A stretch of DNA of 64,000 nucleotides, taken from Promethearchaeota archaeon. GTDB lineage: Archaea > Asgardarchaeota > Lokiarchaeia > Sigyniarchaeales > SOKP01. Position numbers and translations under genes: made by a program. Below are positions 1 to 10,051 of this stretch, piece by piece. The stretch is taken from NCBI GenBank assembly GCA_048938855.1, contig JBHLLT010000001.1, positions 96,001-160,000 of the forward strand. Reading direction: 5' to 3'. Positions within the stretch are counted from its first letter, which is position 1. Each line of letters begins with the position of its first letter. Under the pieces are notes generated by a model. That model saw nothing but the letters and a program-made list of their open reading frames with translations. It was not told the DNA's origin and searched no databases.

Positions 1-66
1 TGCAAATTTAATAATATACAAGCTTCATTTAAGAATAATTATGAAATTATAAAGGATGATTAAAAT

Positions 67-474
67 ATGGAAGAATCTGAACAAGATAATTTATTCACAA
101 CATTTCAACAAACAATTGAAAGTGTTATAAAAGAAAAGAGGAGTGACCCAAAAAATAATAAATTATTAGATAAATTCAATGCTAGGATAATTATCGGTTT
201 ACAAATTGAAGCAGATTATTATTTTTGGGTAAATCTAGTTGGAAAAGATGGAAATTTTACCTTAGGCAAAGGAAAATTAGATGAATATGATTTAGAATTA
301 AGAGCAGCCCCAGAAGATTTAGTTTTTTTTGTTAATGGAGAAAATTCAGTTCTTAATATGATGTTTAAAAAAAGTCAATTTGGACATAAGAAATTGAGAT
401 TTTCAAAAGGATCAACAGGGAAACGTAACTTGGGAATATTATTAAAACTTTCGAAAATTTTAGTATTAGATTAG
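67..474 (+). CDS. SCP2 (sterol carrier protein 2)-like lipid-binding domain protein
   Basis: 135 aa; SCP2-like pattern (FWVNLVGKDGNFTLGKGKLDEYDLELRAAPEDLVFFVNGENSVLNMMF..KLRFS). Confidence 0.6.
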   Translation: MEESEQDNLFTTFQQTIESVIKEKRSDPKNNKLLDKFNARIIIGLQIEADYYFWVNLVGKDGNFTLGKGKLDEYDLELRAAPEDLVFFVNGENSVLNMMFKKSQFGHKKLRFSKGSTGKRNLGILLKLSKILVLD

Positions 475-1121
475 TCTTTAATGAAAATTAATTTATTTTT
501 TTCAAATATTTGGTTCTTTTTAAAAGCAAATTTGTATTCAAAATTTTCAATTTTTCTGGTTTGCTTATTAATTTGGTAAAGCTGTACACTAATTTCTTTA
601 TTTCTAACATTTATAGATAATTCAATAAAAGAAGGAGTACCACTCGCAATGAATGACCATGCGCCAGTAACACTTCCAGGATTAATTAAAAGAATCCCTT
701 CATTTGTTAAAAAAACTTCTTCTTTATGAGTGTGACCAGATACCATAATATTATACCTTCTGTCCTGAGCTAAGATTCCTAATTGATCGTGGTCTCCTCG
801 GGGACTTACTTGTGCTCCATGTGTTAAACCTAGGATAATTTTATCGTTATCTTCAAAAGAAATGACTAATTTTTGATAATTTGGTGCATCACGATTCCCG
901 TAATAATAATCCATATTTCCAATTACTTTAAATAAATTTATTATTGTTTTCTGATTCAAGTAATCAATTAATTTTGGGAAATTAATTAAATCACCTGTAA
1001 ATAAAGTATAATGAAAAGAAGATTTTTCTGTTAATTCATCCAGTTTTTCATATATTTGCACAGGTAGATCTTTTGCACGAACAGGTACATGCGAGTCTCC
1101 AATGCATAATATTCGAACCAT
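471..1121 (-). CDS. YfcE/Vps29-family metallophosphoesterase
   Basis: GDSH, TGD, GNMD, THG and GHTH metal motifs; INPGSVTGAWS..PSF segment typical of Vps29. Confidence 0.85.
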   Translation of the reverse strand: MVRILCIGDSHVPVRAKDLPVQIYEKLDELTEKSSFHYTLFTGDLINFPKLIDYLNQKTIINLFKVIGNMDYYYGNRDAPNYQKLVISFEDNDKIILGLTHGAQVSPRGDHDQLGILAQDRRYNIMVSGHTHKEEVFLTNEGILLINPGSVTGAWSFIASGTPSFIELSINVRNKEISVQLYQINKQTRKIENFEYKFAFKKNQIFEKNKLIFIKD

Positions 1122-1130
1122 GATAATAAA

Positions 1131-2609
1131 TCAAATATAACTTTTATTTTTAGAATCTTGAACTAAAATCCAGAAGTTTTTAATCATATCTCCTAAATTA
1201 GGAAATGTAGGTATGTTATTGTCAGCCATATACTTTGCTACTTTTTGAACTTCTTTTTCCTCACCAATTAACCAAAAGAATATTGGTTTGGATGCATTTA
1301 TGATGCTATCAACTATTTGTTTGTAATTGATAGAACTTCTAAATTGTTTTGAACAAAACATCATATTAAGAATACCCTCTATTCTATCATCTTTTAATAG
1401 AAGATCATAAAGATAAATTGTAAGTTCTCCTGGATTTTTATTATTCATCATTGCTTTTTCCATTGCTGGCCAAAAATCTATGAGGGCAAATCGATTTGGA
1501 GGCATCCATTTAGGAAACATGTCTACAAGAGAATTATATAGTTGATCTCCAAAAATAGGAAACTTCAGACCATATTCTGCAGTTATATCAGCAACAATTG
1601 TACCTGCACCACCTGATCCAGTAATTAAAGATACATTTCCTTCTTTTGGCATGATTTTATTTTTATTATACATTATTGAGAAGGTTCGAGCAAATCGAAA
1701 TAGTTCGTAGAAATCTTTAGCTGGAATTATTCCAGATTGTTTTATTACCGCTTTAGTCAATTCCGCTTTTTCTGCTAATGATCCTGTATGGCTTAAAGTA
1801 GCTTTCTGTCCCTGCTGCGTTATACCGCCTTTTAAAAAAATAATTGTCTTGTTAGTAATTTTCCTTGCTTTTCTACACAATTCGATAAATCTTCTTGGAT
1901 TCTTAAAGGATTCAAGGTATATTGCAATAACATTAACAGTTGGATCTTCTAAAAAATATTCTAAAAATTCAATTTCACTTAAGTCCATCTTGTTTCCAAT
2001 TGAACAAGAATATCTAATACCTAAATCAGGATACTTTTCCATCATATACAACAAATATCCACCATTCAACATCCCAGACTGACTAATTATAGCGATATTA
2101 CCTCTTTTATATTTATAAAAAACAGCAAAACTGCTAAAAAATCCCCCTTTTTTATTAATTTTTGAATTACTACTCTCATCAATTCGAGTAAGCCCCATGC
2201 AATTTGGCCCTAAAATCCGGATTTTTGAGAAATTTTCTGTAATTTTTAAGATTTGATCTCTTAACTCAAGGCCTTTCTCACCTACTTCTTCAAATCCTGA
2301 AGCTTCAATAATAGCTCCTTTAACTCCTTTTTGAATGCATTCTTCTAATATCCCAGGAATTATCTGATTTGGGACATAGAATACAGCAATATCTACATTT
2401 TCCTGAATATCCAAAACTGATTTTTTGAATTCTAGACCAAACAATTCGTCATCTGAGTTAGGGTTAACAGGGTAAATTTTTCCCCCGAAATTATTAGTAA
2501 CAAGATTATCTACAATTCGGTTTCCTCCCTTTGTAAAATTTTTAGAGGCTCCAATTACAGCAACAGATTTTGGATTTAAAAACAAATCAATGATTTTATT
2601 ACTTGACAA
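1131..2609 (-). CDS. acdA: ADP-forming acetate/acyl-CoA synthetase alpha subunit (CoA-binding)
   Basis: PKSVAVIGAS, ILGPNCMG, SQSG, SIGNKMD, phospho-His motif SHTGSLA; TTG start. Confidence 0.85.
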   Translation of the reverse strand: MSSNKIIDLFLNPKSVAVIGASKNFTKGGNRIVDNLVTNNFGGKIYPVNPNSDDELFGLEFKKSVLDIQENVDIAVFYVPNQIIPGILEECIQKGVKGAIIEASGFEEVGEKGLELRDQILKITENFSKIRILGPNCMGLTRIDESSNSKINKKGGFFSSFAVFYKYKRGNIAIISQSGMLNGGYLLYMMEKYPDLGIRYSCSIGNKMDLSEIEFLEYFLEDPTVNVIAIYLESFKNPRRFIELCRKARKITNKTIIFLKGGITQQGQKATLSHTGSLAEKAELTKAVIKQSGIIPAKDFYELFRFARTFSIMYNKNKIMPKEGNVSLITGSGGAGTIVADITAEYGLKFPIFGDQLYNSLVDMFPKWMPPNRFALIDFWPAMEKAMMNNKNPGELTIYLYDLLLKDDRIEGILNMMFCSKQFRSSINYKQIVDSIINASKPIFFWLIGEEKEVQKVAKYMADNNIPTFPNLGDMIKNFWILVQDSKNKSYI

Positions 2610-2636
2610 AATTAAATCAGTTTCTAATTTTTTCGT

Positions 2637-3752
2637 TTAGGCTTCTTTATATTTTTCATATTCTCTTTGAACAAATTGATATAACTCTTTTGCATTTTCA
2701 TCTTCATTGAAATGTTTTATAACAGGAGCTAGAAATTGGTTAAGATATTTTACTACAGCTAATTTTAAATCAGGTGGATTTAATCTACCTTCACTATAGT
2801 CTTTTTCCAATTCCTCATATGAGTTATATTTAACATTTCCACCATATTTTTCCGGGCGCTCAACTTGAATAATATCTACAAGTTCAAAAATAATATATTT
2901 ACAATATTCTAAAACGGGATTTTCTTTAGTTTGTTTAGGCGGGCAATATGCTTTATTTATCTTATGTTTTACAACTTTAGGAGAGTCAAGCATAAATATT
3001 GATGAATCAGGATCAGATTTAGACATTTTTATTTGGATAGCTTTATCAATACCAGTTAATTCTGAAGGAGGAGGTTTATTTAATCCCATTAGCATATGAT
3101 GATGAATTGCGACTGGTTTGGGTTTATTTAGCTTTTTAGCAACTTCTCTTGCTAACATATTTACTTTTCTTTGATCTAAACCAAGTTGACAAATATCTGC
3201 AGGAAGATAGAAAATATCTGCGCACTGCATCAATGGATAAAGAATTTGAGAAGCATAGAGTTTATCAGATTCACTTCTTCCCATAATTTGAGTACATCTT
3301 TTTACTCTTTTTAAGGTAGTTTCTATTCCAATTTTAAGAACTAATTCCCAATACTTATCTTCTTTTACAAGATCCGAAGCATAAATAAATTCAATTTTAG
3401 TTAAATCCATTCCACAAACTTTCCAAACATCTATAAAAAAATCTCCTACTTTTTTAATTACTTCTAAATTACCACCAAACTTCTTATTAGCGGCAGCATG
3501 CCAGTCTGCAACCAGAAATTTAAAACGTACTCCTGCTCTTGTTATTTTATTTACATTAATTGCTCTTAAAAGACCTTGAGCTATATGAATATTTCCTGAA
3601 GGTTCAAAGCCATCATAAGCATAAATCTCCTTATTATGTTTAACTTTCCATGCAATCATTTCTCTTAATTCATCAAAACTAATAATTTCTTCCCCAACTT
3701 CTTCTAATAAAGAGACCTTTTCGTCTAAAGTTAAACCCATATTATCATTCAC
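2637..3752 (-). CDS. tyrS: Tyrosyl-tRNA synthetase (HIAQ subtype)
   Basis: YDGFEPSGNIHIAQG, LYPLMQCADIF, QLGLDQRKVNMLARE, KMSKS. Confidence 0.93.
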   Translation of the reverse strand: MNDNMGLTLDEKVSLLEEVGEEIISFDELREMIAWKVKHNKEIYAYDGFEPSGNIHIAQGLLRAINVNKITRAGVRFKFLVADWHAAANKKFGGNLEVIKKVGDFFIDVWKVCGMDLTKIEFIYASDLVKEDKYWELVLKIGIETTLKRVKRCTQIMGRSESDKLYASQILYPLMQCADIFYLPADICQLGLDQRKVNMLAREVAKKLNKPKPVAIHHHMLMGLNKPPPSELTGIDKAIQIKMSKSDPDSSIFMLDSPKVVKHKINKAYCPPKQTKENPVLEYCKYIIFELVDIIQVERPEKYGGNVKYNSYEELEKDYSEGRLNPPDLKLAVVKYLNQFLAPVIKHFNEDENAKELYQFVQREYEKYKEA

Positions 3753-3874
3753 TAAATATTATATAATTTAGGTAATAGTTTGCTTGATATAACCTTTATG
3801 GATTTTAGAAATTCATTGTTAATCATTATCATAACGTAGTAAGAAATAGAAATTAAATCTAAATAGAAATAAAT

Positions 3875-5011
3875 TTAACCCAAAATTAATAATTCTTCTA
3901 ACTCTTTTTTCATTTTTTGAATATGAGGTTGCCCAAAATGAACTCTGACAGGTTTTAACATCTCAATAATTTTATTTGCAACACCTGATTTCAAATCGAG
4001 AGGATGTAGGCTTTTTGAGAAATATGCTTCTTCGACTTCCTTGTATGAATAAAATTCTATATCTCCACCAAATTTAGATTTTCTTTCAATCGGAAGACTT
4101 GATTCAATATTTCTAAAAATAAGGTATTTTGTCCAATCTAATATGGGATTAAATGTAATGTTACCTTCTGGGCAAAATGCTGAATTAACTTTGGCTCGTA
4201 TATCATCGGGATTATCATTTATAAAAACTGCTGAATTTGGTATTGATTTACTCATTTTCATATCTGACCAAATTTCTTGAAATTTTTTCTCGTCTTCAAT
4301 AGGCCAAATCGATGGTTTTGTCAATCCTAGTATTAAATGATGATGCACACAAATTGGTTTTATTTTTTCTCCATCTATATTTTTTAGGTTATTTTTTTTC
4401 ATCTTTAAAGCAACATCCCTAGCTACTACATGAGCTTTTCGCTGATCATATCCAGCGTGAGCTAGATTAACGTTTTGAATAAAGATATCAGCAACTTGCA
4501 TGGCAGGATATAAGAGTTTTGCAAAATCTACTCCTTCACCTAACTTCCGTCCCATTATTGTAATACTTCTATGCATCCTACTTAATGTAGTATTCTTACA
4601 TACATCGATAAATGTTTCCCAATATGCATCATTATTATGATAGAGATCTGTACCAAGTGTGAATTTTACTTGCTCTGGATCAGCCCCAACACTTATTAAA
4701 CAAGCTTTCAAGCCTTCTTTAAAATATCCCAATCCAATCTTTTGGATTTTCTCTCTATCACCTCCAAGTTTATCGTTTATCCAACTATGCCAATCTGCAA
4801 GAAATATCGAGCATTTAACGCCAGCATCAATAAAATCTTTGATTTTTGACATACAAATAATTCCTGTCCCTAAGTGAATCTTTCCAGAAATTTCAAATCC
4901 AATATAATGATTTAATTGAGTATCGGTTTCGAGATAAAGTTTTAAATCTTCTTCGGTAAGAACTTCCTCTGTTCCTTGCTTTATCAAATCAATCTTTTCA
5001 GAAATATCCAT
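3875..5011 (-). CDS. tyrS: Tyrosyl-tRNA synthetase (HLGT archaeal subtype)
   Basis: YIGFEISGKIHLGTG, LYPAMQVADIF, AGYDQRKAH, KMSKS, LHPLDLK. Confidence 0.93.
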   Translation of the reverse strand: MDISEKIDLIKQGTEEVLTEEDLKLYLETDTQLNHYIGFEISGKIHLGTGIICMSKIKDFIDAGVKCSIFLADWHSWINDKLGGDREKIQKIGLGYFKEGLKACLISVGADPEQVKFTLGTDLYHNNDAYWETFIDVCKNTTLSRMHRSITIMGRKLGEGVDFAKLLYPAMQVADIFIQNVNLAHAGYDQRKAHVVARDVALKMKKNNLKNIDGEKIKPICVHHHLILGLTKPSIWPIEDEKKFQEIWSDMKMSKSIPNSAVFINDNPDDIRAKVNSAFCPEGNITFNPILDWTKYLIFRNIESSLPIERKSKFGGDIEFYSYKEVEEAYFSKSLHPLDLKSGVANKIIEMLKPVRVHFGQPHIQKMKKELEELLILG

Positions 5012-5110
5012 ATTCTCAAATGACTTGTAGATTCTTTACACAATTAATGGTCTTCGTAGTTTTTATAGTTTAATAAATGAGATTTAAAGGGTAAGAATAG
5101 AATTTTATTT

Positions 5111-5686
5111 TTATTTTAATTTTTTTTGAATTTTTAATCGATAAATACCTCCTGGAAGCCATAAAACGATTCCTAATAGACCCCCGAGAAAAAAAGTAAT
5201 AGAATCGTTCCATAAAAAAAATTTATAGACGATTGTTATTATTAGGACTAAAATTCCAATCAGAAATCTTAATGGATTTTTAAATTCATTATTTATTACC
5301 TGATGAAGTATGAAGAAAAACAGGATTATCGCATGTCCACTTAAAGGGATAATGATGATATACCTAACGAATGAAAAAATTGCTACAATAAAACATTCAC
5401 ATAATAATAAAATGTAGAATACTCGTTCCTTTTCCTTTCCCTTCTCATTCCAGAGCCAAATTGCTTCTCCTAATAGAATCCCAAAAGGGAAAAAAACTGG
5501 AATCATGTATATTGGCGGTGTTAAAATACTAAGAGTTTCAGTAGCAGTAATAACAAAGGGGTAACCTCTAATAGCGAAAAATAAAATTGAGAAAATTGTT
5601 ATAATTAATCCAGTTCCATAAATAATAATACCTTCCCTTACTGAAGGTTTTAAATTAGTTAAAAAAGGCCTAATTTTTCTTATCAA
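5111..5686 (-). CDS. Hypothetical integral membrane protein (about 6 TM)
   Basis: Several hydrophobic segments; an SGH motif faintly like PAP2 proteins. Confidence 0.6.
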   Translation of the reverse strand: MIRKIRPFLTNLKPSVREGIIIYGTGLIITIFSILFFAIRGYPFVITATETLSILTPPIYMIPVFFPFGILLGEAIWLWNEKGKEKERVFYILLLCECFIVAIFSFVRYIIIIPLSGHAIILFFFILHQVINNEFKNPLRFLIGILVLIITIVYKFFLWNDSITFFLGGLLGIVLWLPGGIYRLKIQKKLK

Positions 5687-5775
5687 TTAAGTAGTTTAAG
5701 AACTCTAATTTAAGATTTGAGAATTAATATAAAAATAAATAACAGAACCAGAGTTAATAAAAATAGATTCTGAAC

Positions 5776-8469
5776 CTATTTTTGCCTTTCTTCTATTACA
5801 GCTTGAGCTGCTGCTATTCGGGCTACAGGGATTCTATATGGTGAACATGATACATAATCTAAACCAATTGAATGTGCAAATTTGATTGAACTTGGCTCTC
5901 CTCCATGTTCTCCACAAATTCCAGTCTTCAAGTCTGGTCTGGTTTTCTTACCAAGCTCTAATGCCATTTTCATTAACTTCCCTACACCATCTTGATCGAG
6001 AACTTCAAAAGGATTTTCACTCAAAATTTCCTTGTTTAAGTAAATTGGGAGAAATTTACCCTCCGCATCGTCTCGAGAGAAACCATAAGTCATTTGGGTT
6101 AAGTCATTAGTGCCAAAACTAAAAAACTCGGCTTCAATAGCTATTTCATCTGCGGTTAAGGCAGCTCTAGGAATTTCAATCATTGTACCAAACTTATATT
6201 CTAACTCCACACCATAGCTTTTTATTATTTCTTCGGCGATCTCGAGAAGTTGCGACTTAACTAATTGTAACTCCGATATCATACCCACTAGTGGAATCAT
6301 GACTTCTGGGATGACATCAATCCCTTTAAGTTTAAGCTCACAAGCAGCTTCAAAAATTGCCCGTACTTGCATCTCATTAATTTCTGGCCAGACTATTCCC
6401 AGTCTGCAGCCTCTTAAGCCGAGCATGGGATTTTCCTCAGAGAGGGACCGGATAAGGCTGATTACTTTATTCTTCTTCTTAATTTCGGCATCCAATGGGC
6501 TTGTACCTAGTAATGCATTAGATAACGCATTGGTCATTTTAAGTTCCTGACTCTCGAGCAGAACCGTCGATAACTCAGGTAAGAATTCATGTAAGGGAGG
6601 ATCTAATAGTCGGATTGTTACTGGTTTACCTTCCATTATTATAAAAATTTCGTAGAAATCTCCTTTTTGCATGGGCAGTAATTTATTTAACGCATCTTGG
6701 CGATCTTCGGTCGTTCTTGCCATAATCATTGCTTGCACAATTGGCAGACGATCTTGAGCCATAAACATATGCTCGGTCCTGCAAAGCCCGATACCTTGAG
6801 CACCAAATTCAATCGCTTTTTTTGCATCAACAGGAGTATCTGCATTTGCTCTAACTCCCAAAAATTTCATCTCATCAGCCATCTTTAGCAATTCAAGGAA
6901 TTCCCCTCTTATTTCAGGTTCAACTAAAGGAACTTTGCCCTCAATAATTCTGCCCGTCGTCCCATCAATTGTAATAAATTCCCCTTCTTTTACAACCATT
7001 TCAGCAACTCTAAATTCTCTTTTTTCTTCATCAATCTCGACATCTTGAGCACCCACAACAGCAGGTTTACCCATACCTCTAGCAACCACTGCGGCATGGG
7101 AAGTTTTTCCACCAAATTGAGTTAATACACCGCTAGCAGCATAAAGTCCGTGTACATCTTCAGGTTTAGTTTGTGGTCTTACAAGAATTATTTCTGCATT
7201 TTCTTGATTTGCCAACGCTTCTGCTCTATCAGAATCAAAAACAGCTACTCCAGAAACTGCTCCTGGAGATGCGTTAATACCATGAGCTAAAACATGGATA
7301 ATTGAATTTTCATCAATGCTTTTAAATAATAATTTTGCTACTTTTTTTGAATCTATACTCATTATCGCTTTTTCTTTAGAAATTAATCCCTCTTTAACCA
7401 TATCAACTGCAATTTTAACAGCAGCTGATGGGGTTCGTTTTCCATCTCGTGTTTGTAGAATATTTAATTTTCCGTCCTCAATGGTAAATTCTATATCTTG
7501 CATGTCTCTATAGTGTTTTTCAAGGTCAATCATAGTTTTCAAAAGTTCCTTATATACTTTAGGAAACTCGTCCTTCATTTCTTCGAGCTTTTTAGGTGTT
7601 CTTATACCTGCAACTACGTCTTCTCCTTGAGCATTTGCTAAATATTCACCAAATTTGACATTTTCTCCAGTTGAGGGATCTCTAGTGAAAGCAACTCCTG
7701 TAGCAGAATTCCAACCTTTATTTCCAAACACCATTGTTTGAATATTGACTGCTGTACCAAAATCGGGAATATTGTTAATTTTTCGATATGTTATAGCCCG
7801 TCTATTATTCCAAGATTTAAAGACTGCTTCGATTGCTATAAACAATTGTTTAAAAGGATCTTGTGGAAACGGAGTACCAATTTCATTTTCATAAAGTGTT
7901 TTATAATCTGCTATAATCTTTTGTAAATCATTTACTTTTAAATCTGTATCTTGAGCATTTCGACCAAGAGCTCTTTTATATTTATTTAAAATTCTCTCGA
8001 ATTTTTCATCACCGATTCCCATACAGACATCTCCAAACATTTGGATAAATCTTCTCCATGAATCATAAGCGAATCGAGTATTTCCCGTTTGTTCCGCTAA
8101 TCCTAATACACTATCATCATTTAACCCTAAATTAAGAACTGTATCCATCATTCCTGGCATGCTCATTGGAGCCCCAGATCGCACGCTTACTAGCAAAGGG
8201 TTTTTAAGATCACCAAACTTCTTTCCTGTAGTTTCTTCTAACTTTTTAAGATATTCCATGACTTTTGGTTTTAATTCTTTCATTATTTTTTCTGGATTCC
8301 CAAAATAAAGAAGACATGCTTCTGTTGTTATTGTAAATCCTGGGGGGATCTTAAGTCCTAAATTGGTCATTTCTGCTAGATTTGCTCCTTTTCCTCCGAG
8401 GAGATTTTTCAAATCTTTATTTCCTTCGTTAAATCCATAGACAAATTTCTTGTTTTCCGTAGTTGTCAT
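5776..8469 (-). CDS. ppdK: Pyruvate, phosphate dikinase
   Basis: LLGGKGANLAEM, PLLVSVRSGA, GEDVVAGIRTP, phospho-His GGKTSHAAVVARG, FSFGTNDLTQ, GICGEHGG. Confidence 0.97.
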   Translation of the reverse strand: MTTTENKKFVYGFNEGNKDLKNLLGGKGANLAEMTNLGLKIPPGFTITTEACLLYFGNPEKIMKELKPKVMEYLKKLEETTGKKFGDLKNPLLVSVRSGAPMSMPGMMDTVLNLGLNDDSVLGLAEQTGNTRFAYDSWRRFIQMFGDVCMGIGDEKFERILNKYKRALGRNAQDTDLKVNDLQKIIADYKTLYENEIGTPFPQDPFKQLFIAIEAVFKSWNNRRAITYRKINNIPDFGTAVNIQTMVFGNKGWNSATGVAFTRDPSTGENVKFGEYLANAQGEDVVAGIRTPKKLEEMKDEFPKVYKELLKTMIDLEKHYRDMQDIEFTIEDGKLNILQTRDGKRTPSAAVKIAVDMVKEGLISKEKAIMSIDSKKVAKLLFKSIDENSIIHVLAHGINASPGAVSGVAVFDSDRAEALANQENAEIILVRPQTKPEDVHGLYAASGVLTQFGGKTSHAAVVARGMGKPAVVGAQDVEIDEEKREFRVAEMVVKEGEFITIDGTTGRIIEGKVPLVEPEIRGEFLELLKMADEMKFLGVRANADTPVDAKKAIEFGAQGIGLCRTEHMFMAQDRLPIVQAMIMARTTEDRQDALNKLLPMQKGDFYEIFIIMEGKPVTIRLLDPPLHEFLPELSTVLLESQELKMTNALSNALLGTSPLDAEIKKKNKVISLIRSLSEENPMLGLRGCRLGIVWPEINEMQVRAIFEAACELKLKGIDVIPEVMIPLVGMISELQLVKSQLLEIAEEIIKSYGVELEYKFGTMIEIPRAALTADEIAIEAEFFSFGTNDLTQMTYGFSRDDAEGKFLPIYLNKEILSENPFEVLDQDGVGKLMKMALELGKKTRPDLKTGICGEHGGEPSSIKFAHSIGLDYVSCSPYRIPVARIAAAQAVIEERQK

Positions 8470-8638
8470 ACTTTTTTACCAAACTCTTAATAATCATCAA
8501 CTCGATAAAATACAAACAACACTCTTAGTTTTTATATTTTACTTTGATGACTTGTAATACTACTCTTATTATAGAAAAGGTTTTAGATTGAAATAAAATT
8601 TACGGAAAAACGAATAAAGCGGGACAACTATTCAATTA

Positions 8639-9445
8639 TTATTTATTAAAAGCGTCAAGTAAGTCCCAAATTCCATTTATAACAAAATCAGGTTTATATT
8701 CACTTTTTTTTATATCTTCTAGAGTTGTTTCTCCAGATAAAACGCAACAAGTTGTCACTCCTGTCTCAATACCCATTTTAATATCAGTATATAAGCGATC
8801 TCCAAAAATGACAGCACTTTTAGGTGATAGATCTAACTGATTTAATTTAAAAAGAAGCATTTCTTTACTCGGTTTGCCAAAGACCTTAGGCATTCTTTTA
8901 GTAGCTTTGAATAGAAGTGCGGCTATTCCTCCAGCATCAGGAATATATCCATTTTCAGTTGGGCATCTATTATCAAGGTGTGTAGCTATATATGGAAAAT
9001 TTTCCTTTTGAAGCAAATACGATGCTTTTGCTAAACGTTCATATGTTAATTCTTGATCAAATGCAAGCACTAAAATTTCCGGATTATCTTCAGTTAATAT
9101 AAATCCCTCATTTAAAAACTCGGTTTTAAGTGATTGAGTTCCTAACAAAAAGATATTTTTAGCATTATGTCTTTTAAGGTAATCTATTGTGGGATGCTGA
9201 GATAAAATTAAATCTTCTCGAGTAATATTTAGGTTAAACCCATCTAATTTTTTTAGGTAATCGTTTGTTGATTTGCTTGAATTATTAGAAAGAAAGAAAA
9301 CATCCTTATTCTTTTTTCTTAATGTTCCTATCAGTTCTTGAACACCTTGGAATAATGTATCTCCTAAATAAAGAGTACCATCTAAATCAAAGAAGTAGAC
9401 TTGCTTATTAAGTAGTTCGAATATTTTTCTACTGTGATTACTCAT
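8639..9445 (-). CDS. HAD-IIA (NagD-like) phosphatase
   Basis: FDLDGTLY, LSNNS, GKP, GDRLYTDI, VLSGET. Confidence 0.9.
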   Translation of the reverse strand: MSNHSRKIFELLNKQVYFFDLDGTLYLGDTLFQGVQELIGTLRKKNKDVFFLSNNSSKSTNDYLKKLDGFNLNITREDLILSQHPTIDYLKRHNAKNIFLLGTQSLKTEFLNEGFILTEDNPEILVLAFDQELTYERLAKASYLLQKENFPYIATHLDNRCPTENGYIPDAGGIAALLFKATKRMPKVFGKPSKEMLLFKLNQLDLSPKSAVIFGDRLYTDIKMGIETGVTTCCVLSGETTLEDIKKSEYKPDFVINGIWDLLDAFNK

Positions 9446-9508
9446 CTTAGATTTATTGAATAATTTAGATTTTAATTAATAAGAAAAAAAAATTGAAAGT
9501 TACTAATT

Positions 9509-9940
9509 TTAATAAAATTCCGTATCTATCATTGTGGTAGAAACTACAAGTTCTTGCGCAGCTCTAGTAGCTCTTAGAACTTTAGCCATGTCGCCTTTAA
9601 GTTTAAATTTACCAGCAAGTAACCCACGAATTGGATCTAATTCTTTTTTTAAGACTTGTACCCAAGCATCATAAGGACCTGAATAAATGTATTCTGTATC
9701 AACTTCCTCACCTTTTTCTAGTACTCTAGCTCCTGTACATTCTCCATGGTAAAGTCCAACAAACATCCTAATTTCATGGTCTAAATTTCCGGAAGGTTCT
9801 ACAATAAAAAGAAAATCACCTTCCCATCCATCAGGGGGAAAACCCTCTGGCCCAGCGGCATCCTTATAATTAGGATTGTCATTAATTGCTTTTTGATATG
9901 CTTCAGCCCATTCTGGGCTCCCAAATTTCATTTTTATCAC
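9509..9940 (-). CDS. SCP2 sterol/lipid-binding domain protein
   Basis: FGSPEWAEAY..WEGDF..GPYDAWVQVLKKELDPIRGLLAGKFKLKGD. Confidence 0.85.
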   Translation of the reverse strand: MIKMKFGSPEWAEAYQKAINDNPNYKDAAGPEGFPPDGWEGDFLFIVEPSGNLDHEIRMFVGLYHGECTGARVLEKGEEVDTEYIYSGPYDAWVQVLKKELDPIRGLLAGKFKLKGDMAKVLRATRAAQELVVSTTMIDTEFY

Positions 9941-10051
9941 TCCATACCTATTATATTTTTTGGTTTTTATTTGTATATTTTATTTAATTCAATTTTCAAT
10001 AAATATTTCATTTTTATTTTAAAACAAAAAGTTATGTATATTTTTTAATTA

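Noticed and set aside
3753-3874. Possible frameshifted double-length TyrRS
   Set aside because: Both genes are complete with their own start and stop; the spacer is AT-rich and non-coding.
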